From Spirochaetes bacterium GWF1_51_8 (GTDB lineage Bacteria > Spirochaetota > Brevinematia > Brevinematales > GWF1-51-8), in NCBI GenBank assembly GCA_001829415.1, contig MIBE01000005.1:9470-73469 (forward strand): a DNA stretch of 64,000 nt. The letters are read 5' to 3'. Under the pieces are notes generated by a model. It made no database searches and was not told the origin of the DNA. It saw only the letters and a list, made by a program, of their open reading frames with translations. This document shows, piece after piece, positions 15,605 to 24,445 of this stretch (positions are counted from its first letter, which is position 1; each line of letters opens with the position of its first letter). The position numbers were made by a program, and so were the translations under genes.

Positions 15605-17572
15605 TTACCCGATATCGTCGATGTTCGTCACGAAGTTGACGTTCGACAGGATGAACTTCTTCCGCTCGCCGTCCTGCGCGTCGTCCGACATCAGCACCTT
15701 CAGCAGGCGCTCCGACTCCTCGAAGTCCGTGATCGACATCCTGAGCATCTTCCGCCGTTCGGGGTCCATCGTCGTATCCCAGAGCTGTTCGGGGTTCATT
15801 TCGCCCAACCCCTTATACCGCTGGATATCCGGCGTCTTGTTCTCGAAACGGGTCTTGAGCAGTTTTTCCTTCTCTTCGTCGGAATAGGCGTACTCGGTGA
15901 TCTTCCCCGCGGTAATCTTGTAGAGGGGAGGAAGCGCGATATAGAGATGCCCCTGCTCGATGAGTTCGCGCATAAAGCGGTAGAAGAAGGTGAGCAGAAG
16001 GGTGCGGATATGCGAGCCGTCCACATCGGCGTCGGTCATGATGACGATCTTATCGTACTGGAGCTTGGAAAGTTCGAAATTCTGGTAGTACCCCGCACCC
16101 AATACGGCGATCAGGGTCTTGATTTCCTCGTTGGCGAGGATCGACTGGAGCGATTTCTTCTCGATCTTTTTCTCGACATTGAGGATTTTTCCGCGCAGGG
16201 GAAGGATGGCCTGCGTCTCACGGTTTCTGCCCTGTTTGGCGGAACCGCCCGCGGAATCCCCCTCGACGATAAAGATTTCACGGAGTTCGCGCCTGCGTGT
16301 CGAACAGTCCGCGAGCTTTCCCGCGATGATCGCGAGAGTCTCTTTCTTGCCGCGTCCGAGGTTTGTGCGGACACCCTCGCGGGCGCGTTCGGCTTCCTGC
16401 AGGGCTTTCAGTTCGAGGACGGCTTTTTTCAGCACCTTGTCCGCGATATCCATGTGCGTCTCGAAGTATAACGACATCGCCTTCTCGACGATATCGCGGC
16501 ATATCCTGCGCGCTTCCAACGGCTCGGTCAGTTTGTCCTTCGTCTGCCCCTTGAATTCGGCGTTGGGGATGCGTGTGTTGATTACGCAGGTCAGGCCGAA
16601 CGAGAGAGTCTTTTTATTGATCTTGTCGCCTTTTTTATCGATATTGAGACGTTCCGCGAACTTCTGCATGACCTTTTCATACGCCATCCAGAATCCGTCC
16701 ACATGCACGCCGTGGTTTTTCGTGTGGATACTGTTCACATAGCTGAATATCTCGGGGTCTTCGCCGGAGTTGCGGTACTGGAGCACCACTTCCGCAGTCA
16801 GCCCTTCTAGCTGTCCGATCACCTTCACGGGGTCGGGGAAAATCACATCCTGGTCCCGGTTCAGCTCGTTCTTCATAAACTCGTAGATTCCTTCGTCGTA
16901 ACGGAACACCTGTGTGGCGAAACCGGACGGCTGGTCGGTATCGGGCTGCATCTTGTCCTCGAATGTGACCTCGAGACCGGGATTGAGGAAGGCTACTTCG
17001 CGCAGACGGCCCGCGAGCGAGCTGGAACTGAACTTGGTTATCTGGAAGATGGTGTCGTCCGGCTTGAAGCGGATGATCGTACCGCGCTTGTCGGACTTAC
17101 CGGTTATTTTTAACGGAACAGTCTTCACACCTCGCTCGAAACGGATCAGGTAAGCCTTGCCGTCGAGGAATACTTCCGCCTCGAGGTATTCGGATAACGC
17201 GTTCACCACCGAAAGCCCAACGCCGTGAAGGCCGCCGGAGACCTGGTAGGACTCACGGTCGAACTTACCGCCGGAATGGAGATGCGACATGACGACTTCG
17301 ATAGCGGGAACGCCTTCTTTATGCAGGCCGACAGGAATACCGCGCCCGTTATCCTCGATCTCGAGCGTATCGTGCGCGATCAGGCTCACCCTGATCTTGT
17401 CCGCGTGCCCCGCGAGATGTTCGTCCACCGAGTTATCGATGATCTCGATCGCGAGATGATGGTATCCTTCGACATCGCGGTCGCCGATATACATATCAGG
17501 GCGTTTCCGGACATTATCGGGATAGCTTAACGACGCGATTGAATCGGCATTATACTCTTTTTCTTTCGGCAT
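15605..17572 (-). CDS. Type IIA DNA topoisomerase subunit B (GyrB/ParE family)
   Basis: VRKRPDMYIGD, DNGRGIPV, GGKFD..YQVSGGLHGVG, EGDSAGGSAKQGR and the TOPRIM motif IMTDADVDGSHI. There is no adjacent A subunit, so gyrB and parE cannot be distinguished. Confidence 0.9.
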   Translation of the reverse strand: MPKEKEYNADSIASLSYPDNVRKRPDMYIGDRDVEGYHHLAIEIIDNSVDEHLAGHADKIRVSLIAHDTLEIEDNGRGIPVGLHKEGVPAIEVVMSHLHSGGKFDRESYQVSGGLHGVGLSVVNALSEYLEAEVFLDGKAYLIRFERGVKTVPLKITGKSDKRGTIIRFKPDDTIFQITKFSSSSLAGRLREVAFLNPGLEVTFEDKMQPDTDQPSGFATQVFRYDEGIYEFMKNELNRDQDVIFPDPVKVIGQLEGLTAEVVLQYRNSGEDPEIFSYVNSIHTKNHGVHVDGFWMAYEKVMQKFAERLNIDKKGDKINKKTLSFGLTCVINTRIPNAEFKGQTKDKLTEPLEARRICRDIVEKAMSLYFETHMDIADKVLKKAVLELKALQEAERAREGVRTNLGRGKKETLAIIAGKLADCSTRRRELREIFIVEGDSAGGSAKQGRNRETQAILPLRGKILNVEKKIEKKSLQSILANEEIKTLIAVLGAGYYQNFELSKLQYDKIVIMTDADVDGSHIRTLLLTFFYRFMRELIEQGHLYIALPPLYKITAGKITEYAYSDEEKEKLLKTRFENKTPDIQRYKGLGEMNPEQLWDTTMDPERRKMLRMSITDFEESERLLKVLMSDDAQDGERKKFILSNVNFVTNIDDIG

Positions 17573-17734
17573 GTTCCCCTCTCAATGCGGGCAGTATATT
17601 ATCGTTTATTATAACATATTCCGGCGGAAAAAGGAATTTTTACATCCCTTGTTTTTGCGATATATCTCTTTATTTTATAATAAATTAGCTCGCTTCTTGG
17701 CTGTGCGCGGAAACCTTTCCGCTCCGCCCTCTTT

Positions 17735-17763
17735 TTGACATCTGAAGCGTTTCCGGTTATCCT
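17735..17763 (+). promoter_or_regulatory. Putative promoter TTGACA-N17-TATCCT
   Basis: Consensus -35 hexamer with a 17-nt spacer, upstream of the tcggag RBS and the ATG at 17789. Confidence 0.35.
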
Positions 17764-17788
17764 ATTCGATCATCATTTCGGAGTTATT

Positions 17789-20560
17789 ATGCGCGCAGTA
17801 ATCGTATATCTCATTTTATCAGCCGCACTTCCGCTGTATCCGGCGGTCTTTGAGCCCGGAAGCCCGCTCTCGGTCTACGAAACCAAGCACTTCGAGATCG
17901 TGTTCACGCCGTCATCGCAAGCCGCAGCCGCCGAACTCGCGTCCTACGCCGACAGCGTCTACGAGCAGATGACCGCCGCTCTCCCCACACTCGACACGCA
18001 GAAGATCACCGTCGTCCTGACCGCAGATTACTACGACGCCAACGGTTTCAGCCGCACAGTGCCGTACAACCATATCCTTCTGTATGCCTATCCGCCGGAG
18101 TTCGACGGCAGTATCGGGAACTACTCGCACTGGCTGAAAGACTTGTTCACGCACGAGCTCGCGCACGCGGTATCGCTCAACATCCGTTCGCCGTTCGTGC
18201 AGGCGCTCTCGTCCCTCTTCGGGCCGTGGGTGCAGACACAGGTCTACATGATGCCGTGGTTTATGGTCGAGGGCGTCACGGTCAGCTTCGAGAGCCTCGG
18301 CGGTTTCGGGCGCGCGAACAACCCGCTTGTCATCGCCCAGCTTCAGCAGAATATCATCGAGAACAAGTTTAAAGATACCGCGCAGGCTTCCGGCGCGTTC
18401 GACCTCTATCCCGGCGGCAATATCCATTATCACTACGGCGGGATGTTCAGCCGCTTCCTTCAATTGGAGTATGGGATGGAGAAATACGGCAAGCTCTGGC
18501 AGACTACGGGTAACGGGAATATCTTCGCGATACTGCCGGGAAGCTTCGCGGAAGTCTACGGAGTCTCGGTCTATGACGAATGGGAGCTTTTCCGGCAATC
18601 GCTCGCGCCGAAGTTCGAGACTGTGTTCAATACCAACAAGCTCCTGCCTGAAATAGCGTCTATTCCGTTCGCGGTGCAGGCGGGGGGGAAGATCGTCTAC
18701 GCCGATCAATTCCTTCAATTAATCCGTGAGTACGACCCGGCGTCCGACATGACAAGTGACCTTTTCGGCTACTACTACGACATCGTTTCGATGAACGCCT
18801 CCTCCGACGGCACGCTTCTCGTGCTGAACCGCTACGCGCTCGAAAACACGCTCCCGGTGCTGTTCGCCGAGTTTTACAGCCTCGCCGGTCATAGCTTCAC
18901 CGGGCCGAAGTACGCGGGTGTCCGTGAGGCGTCGTTCTTCCAAACCCCCGGCGGCTCGCCCTACGACGTGACCGCTATCCGCGTCCTCGACCGTTACACC
19001 GACCTCGTGCTGATCGTGAACGGCGCGGTCCAAGTCCTTATCGAGGGCGATTACGATACCTACTACGGCCACCCCAAACAGCTCGATACGAACCGGATCG
19101 TCTTTATCCTGAAGGACAAGGGCACGAACTCGCTCGCGGTATACAGTCTCGCCGATCATCAGGTGACAGTCTACCGGACGCCCGGGATGGAATTCCGCTA
19201 TATCCGCGATATCTCGGTCACCGGCGGGAAGGTCTGGTTCTCCTACGGCGAGTCGGGCGGGCTTTACAAGGCCGGATATACCGACCTCGCGACCGCATCC
19301 CTCCAGACAAACAACATCTCCGGCGGAGTCTACTCCCCGCTTCCATTCGATAATACGTTATTCTATGTCGCGCAGTTCTCTGAGGGTTCTCAACTGATGA
19401 AGATTCCGGGCGGATTCGCCGCGCTGCCGTCCGAAGTGACAATGCTGTCCGGCTCGCCCTACACCCCATCGAAGGACTCGCCCGTTTCCGATAAGGCCGC
19501 GGTCGAGGCGAAGCCTTACCATCCGCTCGGCTACCTCGTTCCCCATGTCTGGATGCCGTATCTGGTGATGGACGGCCGGGGCGCGTTCGAGACGATAGGC
19601 TTCATCTCCTACCTTGCCGACCCGATCCGCAACAACCAGTCCGTCATGCCGACCGTGCTCATGAACGTCGTCAAACCGTTCGCGGATATCGAGCTCGAGT
19701 GGGACAACTCGGCCTTTCCGGTACAGTTCTCACTCTATTTCCGCGACTGGGTCGATTTCTCGACTTACTACGACGACTATTACCGCCAGACCGCCGGCTC
19801 GTTCAACCTCTGGTACCTGCACACGTTCACACCGCAGTGCAATTATTTCCTGATCGGCGCGGGCATCTCCCATAACAGCTTCGCGTTCGACAACAGGATC
19901 GACAGTTCACCCTACTACTGGAAGTATACGTCGGACACGACTCTCGCGAGCCTGTATCTCAATATCTCGACCTTCACATCGCTCTACCGTTTTTATCATT
20001 ACCGCGGCTGGACTCTCGGCCTCTACGGCGACTATAACATCCAGAAGAACCGTTACAAGGCGGAGTTCGCGATGACCATCGCGCCGTACATCATCCCGCT
20101 CGTGATCGGCCTGAACGGTGCCTACTCGGACTCGCCCGTCCTGAATACCTCGTCGGCGAATAACGTCTTCTGGGGCAACCGTTACCCGGTGTTCAGGGAA
20201 TACACCGGCATCCCCATCCAGCGGAATTACTACCTCGCGCTCTCGGCGTCGTTCCCGGTGTTCGATATAGAGATACAATGGGGACCGGGCCTCATCCCGG
20301 TCTACTTCAACCGGTTCTATCTCCTCATGGGGTATAGGGCGGCGTGGCTCGAACCGCTCTATCTCCATTCGGCCTACGCGCGTCTGAAACTCGTGACGAC
20401 GTTCTTCGCGAACCTCGACTTCTCGATTTACGCCGAGGGCTATTACGCGTTCAACTACAGCACGCCCGGTTTCACATGGGGGATGTCGTTCGACCTGTGG
20501 TTCCTGTCGCTGGGCAAGCCCGGCGCGGAAGAGAAGAAGATTGAGAAGGATATGTGGTAA
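17789..20560 (+). CDS. Large secreted protein: HEXXH metallopeptidase-like N-terminal region and aromatic-rich C-terminal putative beta-barrel
   Basis: Signal peptide MRAVIVYLILSAALPLYPA. FTHELAHAV is an HExxH motif. The C-terminal ~350 aa are rich in alternating Y/F/W-containing strands. Confidence 0.7.
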   Translation: MRAVIVYLILSAALPLYPAVFEPGSPLSVYETKHFEIVFTPSSQAAAAELASYADSVYEQMTAALPTLDTQKITVVLTADYYDANGFSRTVPYNHILLYAYPPEFDGSIGNYSHWLKDLFTHELAHAVSLNIRSPFVQALSSLFGPWVQTQVYMMPWFMVEGVTVSFESLGGFGRANNPLVIAQLQQNIIENKFKDTAQASGAFDLYPGGNIHYHYGGMFSRFLQLEYGMEKYGKLWQTTGNGNIFAILPGSFAEVYGVSVYDEWELFRQSLAPKFETVFNTNKLLPEIASIPFAVQAGGKIVYADQFLQLIREYDPASDMTSDLFGYYYDIVSMNASSDGTLLVLNRYALENTLPVLFAEFYSLAGHSFTGPKYAGVREASFFQTPGGSPYDVTAIRVLDRYTDLVLIVNGAVQVLIEGDYDTYYGHPKQLDTNRIVFILKDKGTNSLAVYSLADHQVTVYRTPGMEFRYIRDISVTGGKVWFSYGESGGLYKAGYTDLATASLQTNNISGGVYSPLPFDNTLFYVAQFSEGSQLMKIPGGFAALPSEVTMLSGSPYTPSKDSPVSDKAAVEAKPYHPLGYLVPHVWMPYLVMDGRGAFETIGFISYLADPIRNNQSVMPTVLMNVVKPFADIELEWDNSAFPVQFSLYFRDWVDFSTYYDDYYRQTAGSFNLWYLHTFTPQCNYFLIGAGISHNSFAFDNRIDSSPYYWKYTSDTTLASLYLNISTFTSLYRFYHYRGWTLGLYGDYNIQKNRYKAEFAMTIAPYIIPLVIGLNGAYSDSPVLNTSSANNVFWGNRYPVFREYTGIPIQRNYYLALSASFPVFDIEIQWGPGLIPVYFNRFYLLMGYRAAWLEPLYLHSAYARLKLVTTFFANLDFSIYAEGYYAFNYSTPGFTWGMSFDLWFLSLGKPGAEEKKIEKDMW

Positions 20561-20744
20561 ATGGGTATTAAAAGGCGCGGATATGTTAAAATACGGGACA
20601 AACGGCTGGCTCGGCGGCGGGCTGAAGAATTAAATATGCCGGGGAAATGAATCAATTCTTCTTTCTGCGTAAATCCGTGCAATCCGTGACATCCGTGCCG
20701 AATTGGGGTATAATCATTTAGCATAATAGAACGCCGAGAAGACG

Positions 20745-21989
20745 ATGGAGCAGTTCGGCGAAATGGATGAGAATTTCAGGATACTCGCGAAGGCGATCAA
20801 CTATTTCGATAAGTCGGTGAAAGGCGCGGAAGGGACGGCGCAGATCAAGGAGATGCTGAAAGCGCAATTCGCCAACCAGCTCGGCGACGTGATGAAGAAC
20901 GGTTTCCCCAGCCCCACCGGCGAAAAGGACGCCGACGGCAACCTGATCGTCTATACCGGGCAGGACGCGGTCGACAAGTTCATGGAGCATCGCAGGCGAC
21001 ACGCAGGATGCGTTAGTCCCGAGCGAGCCACGGACGGCGAAAGCGAGGGGGAGAAACAGGCGAAAGACGCGCAGATGGCGTCATGGCAGAACTGGGACAC
21101 AGCGGAAGCGAAAAAGGCCGCGAAAGAACAAGCCGCGAAGCTCGCGGCGATGCAGGCGTATGCGGCTCAGAATGAAATAGGTAAGAAGCTGGGTAATGTT
21201 TTTAATATGATTCATAATTTGGGCGGAGGTTCGGGCTATGACGGATTTACCCCGCCCTCCTTGAATGGTAACGGACCCGCAAACTTTGCACCAATTGGTA
21301 ATCCATGGGGAATTTTCGATGGAGAAAGTATGATTCCCGATCCATCTGCGATGAATTATCCTCTCAATCATCAGTTCTTATTCCCCGAAGGAATTGGATT
21401 ACCTTACAGCGGCCCATTTGCCGGGTCGAATACTCTTTCAATGAACGGCATTAACTTTAATCAGACACATAATTATATGAGTCCTGGTGTAATGAGTCTC
21501 GAACAGGAATATAAGAACTTGGCGGATCTTTCATCGGCTGGAAGTACTATTTGCTCAGTAGGCGGTATTATCGCAACCGCGCTCGGCCAACTCGAATTTG
21601 CGGCTCCTTTGTTTATGGCGGCTACGGCATTAGGCGCCTCGTCTACTGCTTATCGTATTGGGGCTTATGCCACCAATCCAACTGATGAAAATGGAATAGG
21701 AGTTCTTGCTGCTGGGGTGAATACTGTATTTGATATTGTGACGGGTAAATTAGGAAGTATTTATATGGATCAATTCATAAAAAATTCAAGTAAAGTGAAA
21801 AGTTCATATATCATATCGGCGGAAAAAATGCAGTTGGAACTCTATAACTACGCTCGTCCGTCCTTTTATGGGCTTGTCTATTCAGGCATAAGTTATGTTA
21901 ACGATAACTTAAAGAAACCGGATAACAGCTATGCGGAGTATTTGAAAAGGTTGGAGTATTCAAAAAAGTTTTGGGACAGTTTACCATAA
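20745..21989 (+). CDS. Hypothetical chimeric ORF: GC-rich N-terminus, in-frame repeat module, AT-rich glycine-zipper/TM C-terminus
   Basis: A continuous 414-codon ORF behind gggtataat. Repeat module F (20996-21066) is read in frame. The C-terminal segments GGIIATALGQLEFAAPLFMAATALGASS and GIGVLAAGVNTVF are membrane-like. The true start could be the internal ATG at 21074. Confidence 0.5.
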   Translation: MEQFGEMDENFRILAKAINYFDKSVKGAEGTAQIKEMLKAQFANQLGDVMKNGFPSPTGEKDADGNLIVYTGQDAVDKFMEHRRRHAGCVSPERATDGESEGEKQAKDAQMASWQNWDTAEAKKAAKEQAAKLAAMQAYAAQNEIGKKLGNVFNMIHNLGGGSGYDGFTPPSLNGNGPANFAPIGNPWGIFDGESMIPDPSAMNYPLNHQFLFPEGIGLPYSGPFAGSNTLSMNGINFNQTHNYMSPGVMSLEQEYKNLADLSSAGSTICSVGGIIATALGQLEFAAPLFMAATALGASSTAYRIGAYATNPTDENGIGVLAAGVNTVFDIVTGKLGSIYMDQFIKNSSKVKSSYIISAEKMQLELYNYARPSFYGLVYSGISYVNDNLKKPDNSYAEYLKRLEYSKKFWDSLP

Positions 21990-22009
21990 AATAACCGCGG
22001 AGATAAATC

Positions 22010-22351
22010 ATGCTGGAATCCTTACCGTTGATACTCACCAATCATCCTATTGTTACTAATCAGGTTGTAACCAACCCTCAAGGATTAAACCTTTACAATC
22101 CGAAATTTGAATTTTTTAAATTCATTTCTGCTCCAATTTATAGTTTTTTCAAAACTTATAATATAAGTGGTTTATGGTTTGCAGTATTACTTGCGATTCT
22201 TTTTTTCTACTTTTTCGAATACCGACCATTTAAAAGAGATAAAGTAAAAAGCAGTGCTTTTTATAGTACTCTTTTAATTACGATATTTTTGATAATCGGG
22301 TCAATAATTATGCAAAGTATAATGTGCTCCCAAGTACAGCAAAACAAATAA
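22010..22351 (+). CDS. Small two-TM membrane protein (immunity-like partner candidate)
   Basis: 113 aa at ~25-30% GC. TM helices WFAVLLAILFFYFF and LLITIFLIIGSIIMQSI. RBS gcggag, 20 nt after the upstream stop. Confidence 0.55.
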   Translation: MLESLPLILTNHPIVTNQVVTNPQGLNLYNPKFEFFKFISAPIYSFFKTYNISGLWFAVLLAILFFYFFEYRPFKRDKVKSSAFYSTLLITIFLIIGSIIMQSIMCSQVQQNK

Positions 22352-22396
22352 CTGGAGTCCCCCGTTGCCCGAAGCAAATAATACCGCTAACAACCT

Positions 22397-23410
22397 TAAA
22401 ATCAGCCTTCCGAAGGACGTGGGGTGAGAGGGAAGTTATATGATACTTTCTGTCACCAGAAAGTATCCAAAGAGTGCCCCGCCTTGATGCCGAATGAGTA
22501 TACTTGCACGGCTGAGTAGTAAGATGCGCGAAACGAAAACGCCGTAACTCCTCCCCCGCTCTGCGGGGTCGTCAAACAAACGGCGTTTTTTACGTTTCGC
22601 GGGGAAAAAATATAGGATGCGAAGAATTGATTTCATTCCGGCATAGAGGCGGGGGAGAAACAGCCGGAAAGCATAAACAAGAGAGCAAATCCCGTTCCTT
22701 GTGTTCTTATCGCCTCGGACACCGAGCTTGTCCCAAACGCATGTTAGGGGCGTAGTCGAGATGTCAGGAAGTAAAACGCGACTCCCACGGATGGGAGAAG
22801 TGCCTGCGGGAGCCATGGACGGTACCGGCGCGAGGGGAAAAACAGTCGAAAGGCAAAACGGTCAAGAAAAAAGAAACTGATTATAACAGAATAATATAAC
22901 AAACAAGGAGCTTTTCATGGCGGAACAGGGGAATAATCAGAATAACATAAAAATCAAGCTTCCGAAGGACTTGGGGTGAGAGGGGGGGAGGAGAAATCTT
23001 CTTTCTTTCCGCATAGGAAAGAAAGAAGCAAAGAAAGTATGCCGCGCCGGATGAAGCTTGGGAGAAGAGCCGAGAAATCCGAAAAAGGCATAACTCCTCC
23101 CTTCGGTCGTCAAACAAATGCCTTTTTCTTGGATTTCCCGGGAGTACAACGCGCTTCAAAGCGCGCGGGCGACACGCAAGGATGCGTTAGTTCCGGGCAC
23201 GCCATGGACGGCACCAGCGCGAGGAAGAAAAACAGCCCAATACAAAACAGCCGATGATTAAAATAATTAGCCGCCACGCCCCCTGACGGTGACTAGCTGT
23301 GACTGTGAGGGAACGCTGTACAAGTGAGTGCCCGCGCATTAAGTCCGAATGAGTATACTTGCACGGCAGAGTAGTAAAATGCGCGAAACGAAAACGCCGT
23401 TTTTTCCCGC
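22397..23410. repeat. 1-kb repeat-only tract (inverted element X, modules A/B/F, internal tandem duplication)
   Basis: 22443-22655 is the inverted copy of 14127-14350. Module A (ccgaaggac.tggggtgagaggg) occurs at 22409 and 22963. Module B is at 22995-23065. Module F is at 22806-22860 and 23168-23240. A half copy of the long hairpin is at 23345-23400. Confidence 0.85.
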
Positions 23411-23417
23411 GCAAACC

Positions 23418-23446
23418 TTGACATGGAAGCGTTTCCATGATACGAT
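23418..23446 (+). promoter_or_regulatory. Putative promoter TTGACA-N17-TACGAT with an embedded LacI-type palindromic operator (23424-23437)
   Basis: TGGAAGCGTTTCCA fits the LacI/GalR operator consensus TGNAANCGNTTNCA and fills the promoter spacer. Confidence 0.55.
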
Positions 23447-23462
23447 TCTTATGGAGTGACGA

Positions 23463-24404
23463 ATGGCAACAATCAAAGATATCGCCCGGATCGCCGGGGT
23501 GGGACTGGGCACGGTTTCACGCGCGCTGAACGGCGAACCGAATATCCGGCCCGACACGCGCGACCGAATCCTCGAAACCGCGCGCAGACTGCATTACCGT
23601 CCCAACGAATCCGCCCGCCGTCTCGCCCGACGCGAGTTCTCCTCGGCCACTGTCGGCATCGTCATCCCAGTCGTCAGTCACCCGTTCTATTTCGAAATCC
23701 TGCGCGGTATCTATTTCGCGCTTAACGAATCCGACAAGAACCTGCTCGTCTTCAACCTCGGCAGGTACGAAGAGCTGGTGGTCGAGCATATCTCGAAGGA
23801 AAACCTCGCGGGAATCATCGTGGTCTCGGCGGGCATCTCCCCCGAAAGTAAAAATCTCCTTTCCGCGCTCGGCACCCCCGTCGCCTATATAGACCGTTAC
23901 GAAAAAGACGCCGCCTGTTTCCGGATAGACAACACTCTCGGCGGCAATCTCGCCGCGAAGTACCTGGCCGGAGCGGGATGCCGTTCTATCGTCTACCTCG
24001 GCGAAGAGTCGCCCAGCCAGCAGCAGGACGAACGCCTCGGCGGATTCCGCGATACGCTCAAAGCGGCGGGAATCCCGCTCCGTGAGAAGTTTATCTATGT
24101 CGACGACAAGACCGCCTATGAGGCTGTCGGCGAGATGCTCAAGGAAGAACCGTTCGACGGTATATTCTGTTTCTGCGACAGGCTCGCCTATGGGGCGAGG
24201 AGCGCGATCCAGGAAAGCGGCCTGCCTGTCAGGGTGATCGGCTATGACGACGCGCCCGCGTCGCAGTACCTGGGGCTATCGTCGGTCCGCCAGCCCGCGT
24301 TCGAAATAGGCTACGAGGGCGGAATCTATATTTCGGCCGCCGCCGCGCCCGGAGACAAGTCCGACCGTGTCTTTCAGCCCGAGGTCGTCGACCGGGGTTC
24401 TTAA
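23463..24404 (+). CDS. LacI-family transcriptional regulator
   Basis: The N-terminal HTH MATIKDIARIAGVGLGTVSRALNG, followed by a periplasmic-binding-protein-like sugar-binding domain. Confidence 0.9.
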   Translation: MATIKDIARIAGVGLGTVSRALNGEPNIRPDTRDRILETARRLHYRPNESARRLARREFSSATVGIVIPVVSHPFYFEILRGIYFALNESDKNLLVFNLGRYEELVVEHISKENLAGIIVVSAGISPESKNLLSALGTPVAYIDRYEKDAACFRIDNTLGGNLAAKYLAGAGCRSIVYLGEESPSQQQDERLGGFRDTLKAAGIPLREKFIYVDDKTAYEAVGEMLKEEPFDGIFCFCDRLAYGARSAIQESGLPVRVIGYDDAPASQYLGLSSVRQPAFEIGYEGGIYISAAAAPGDKSDRVFQPEVVDRGS

Positions 24405-24445
24405 GGCTTATTTCAATCAGTACAAAATAGATCATGGAGGTGTTT

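Noticed and set aside
15605-17572. The topoisomerase B subunit as a marker of the replication origin region.
   Set aside because: No dnaA, dnaN, recF or DnaA-box cluster is visible nearby. The gene is isolated between an AT-rich orphan and a secreted protein gene.
20669-20700. Three tandem tccgtg-containing units (aaTCCGTGcaaTCCGTGacaTCCGTGcc) upstream of the chimeric ORF, as a possible regulator binding array.
   Set aside because: The segment is short and resembles the cgtg-rich tail of module Z (ctccgcgtgctctgcgtgaaa). It is most simply another fragment of the repeat family. It may still deserve a look if a regulator is identified.
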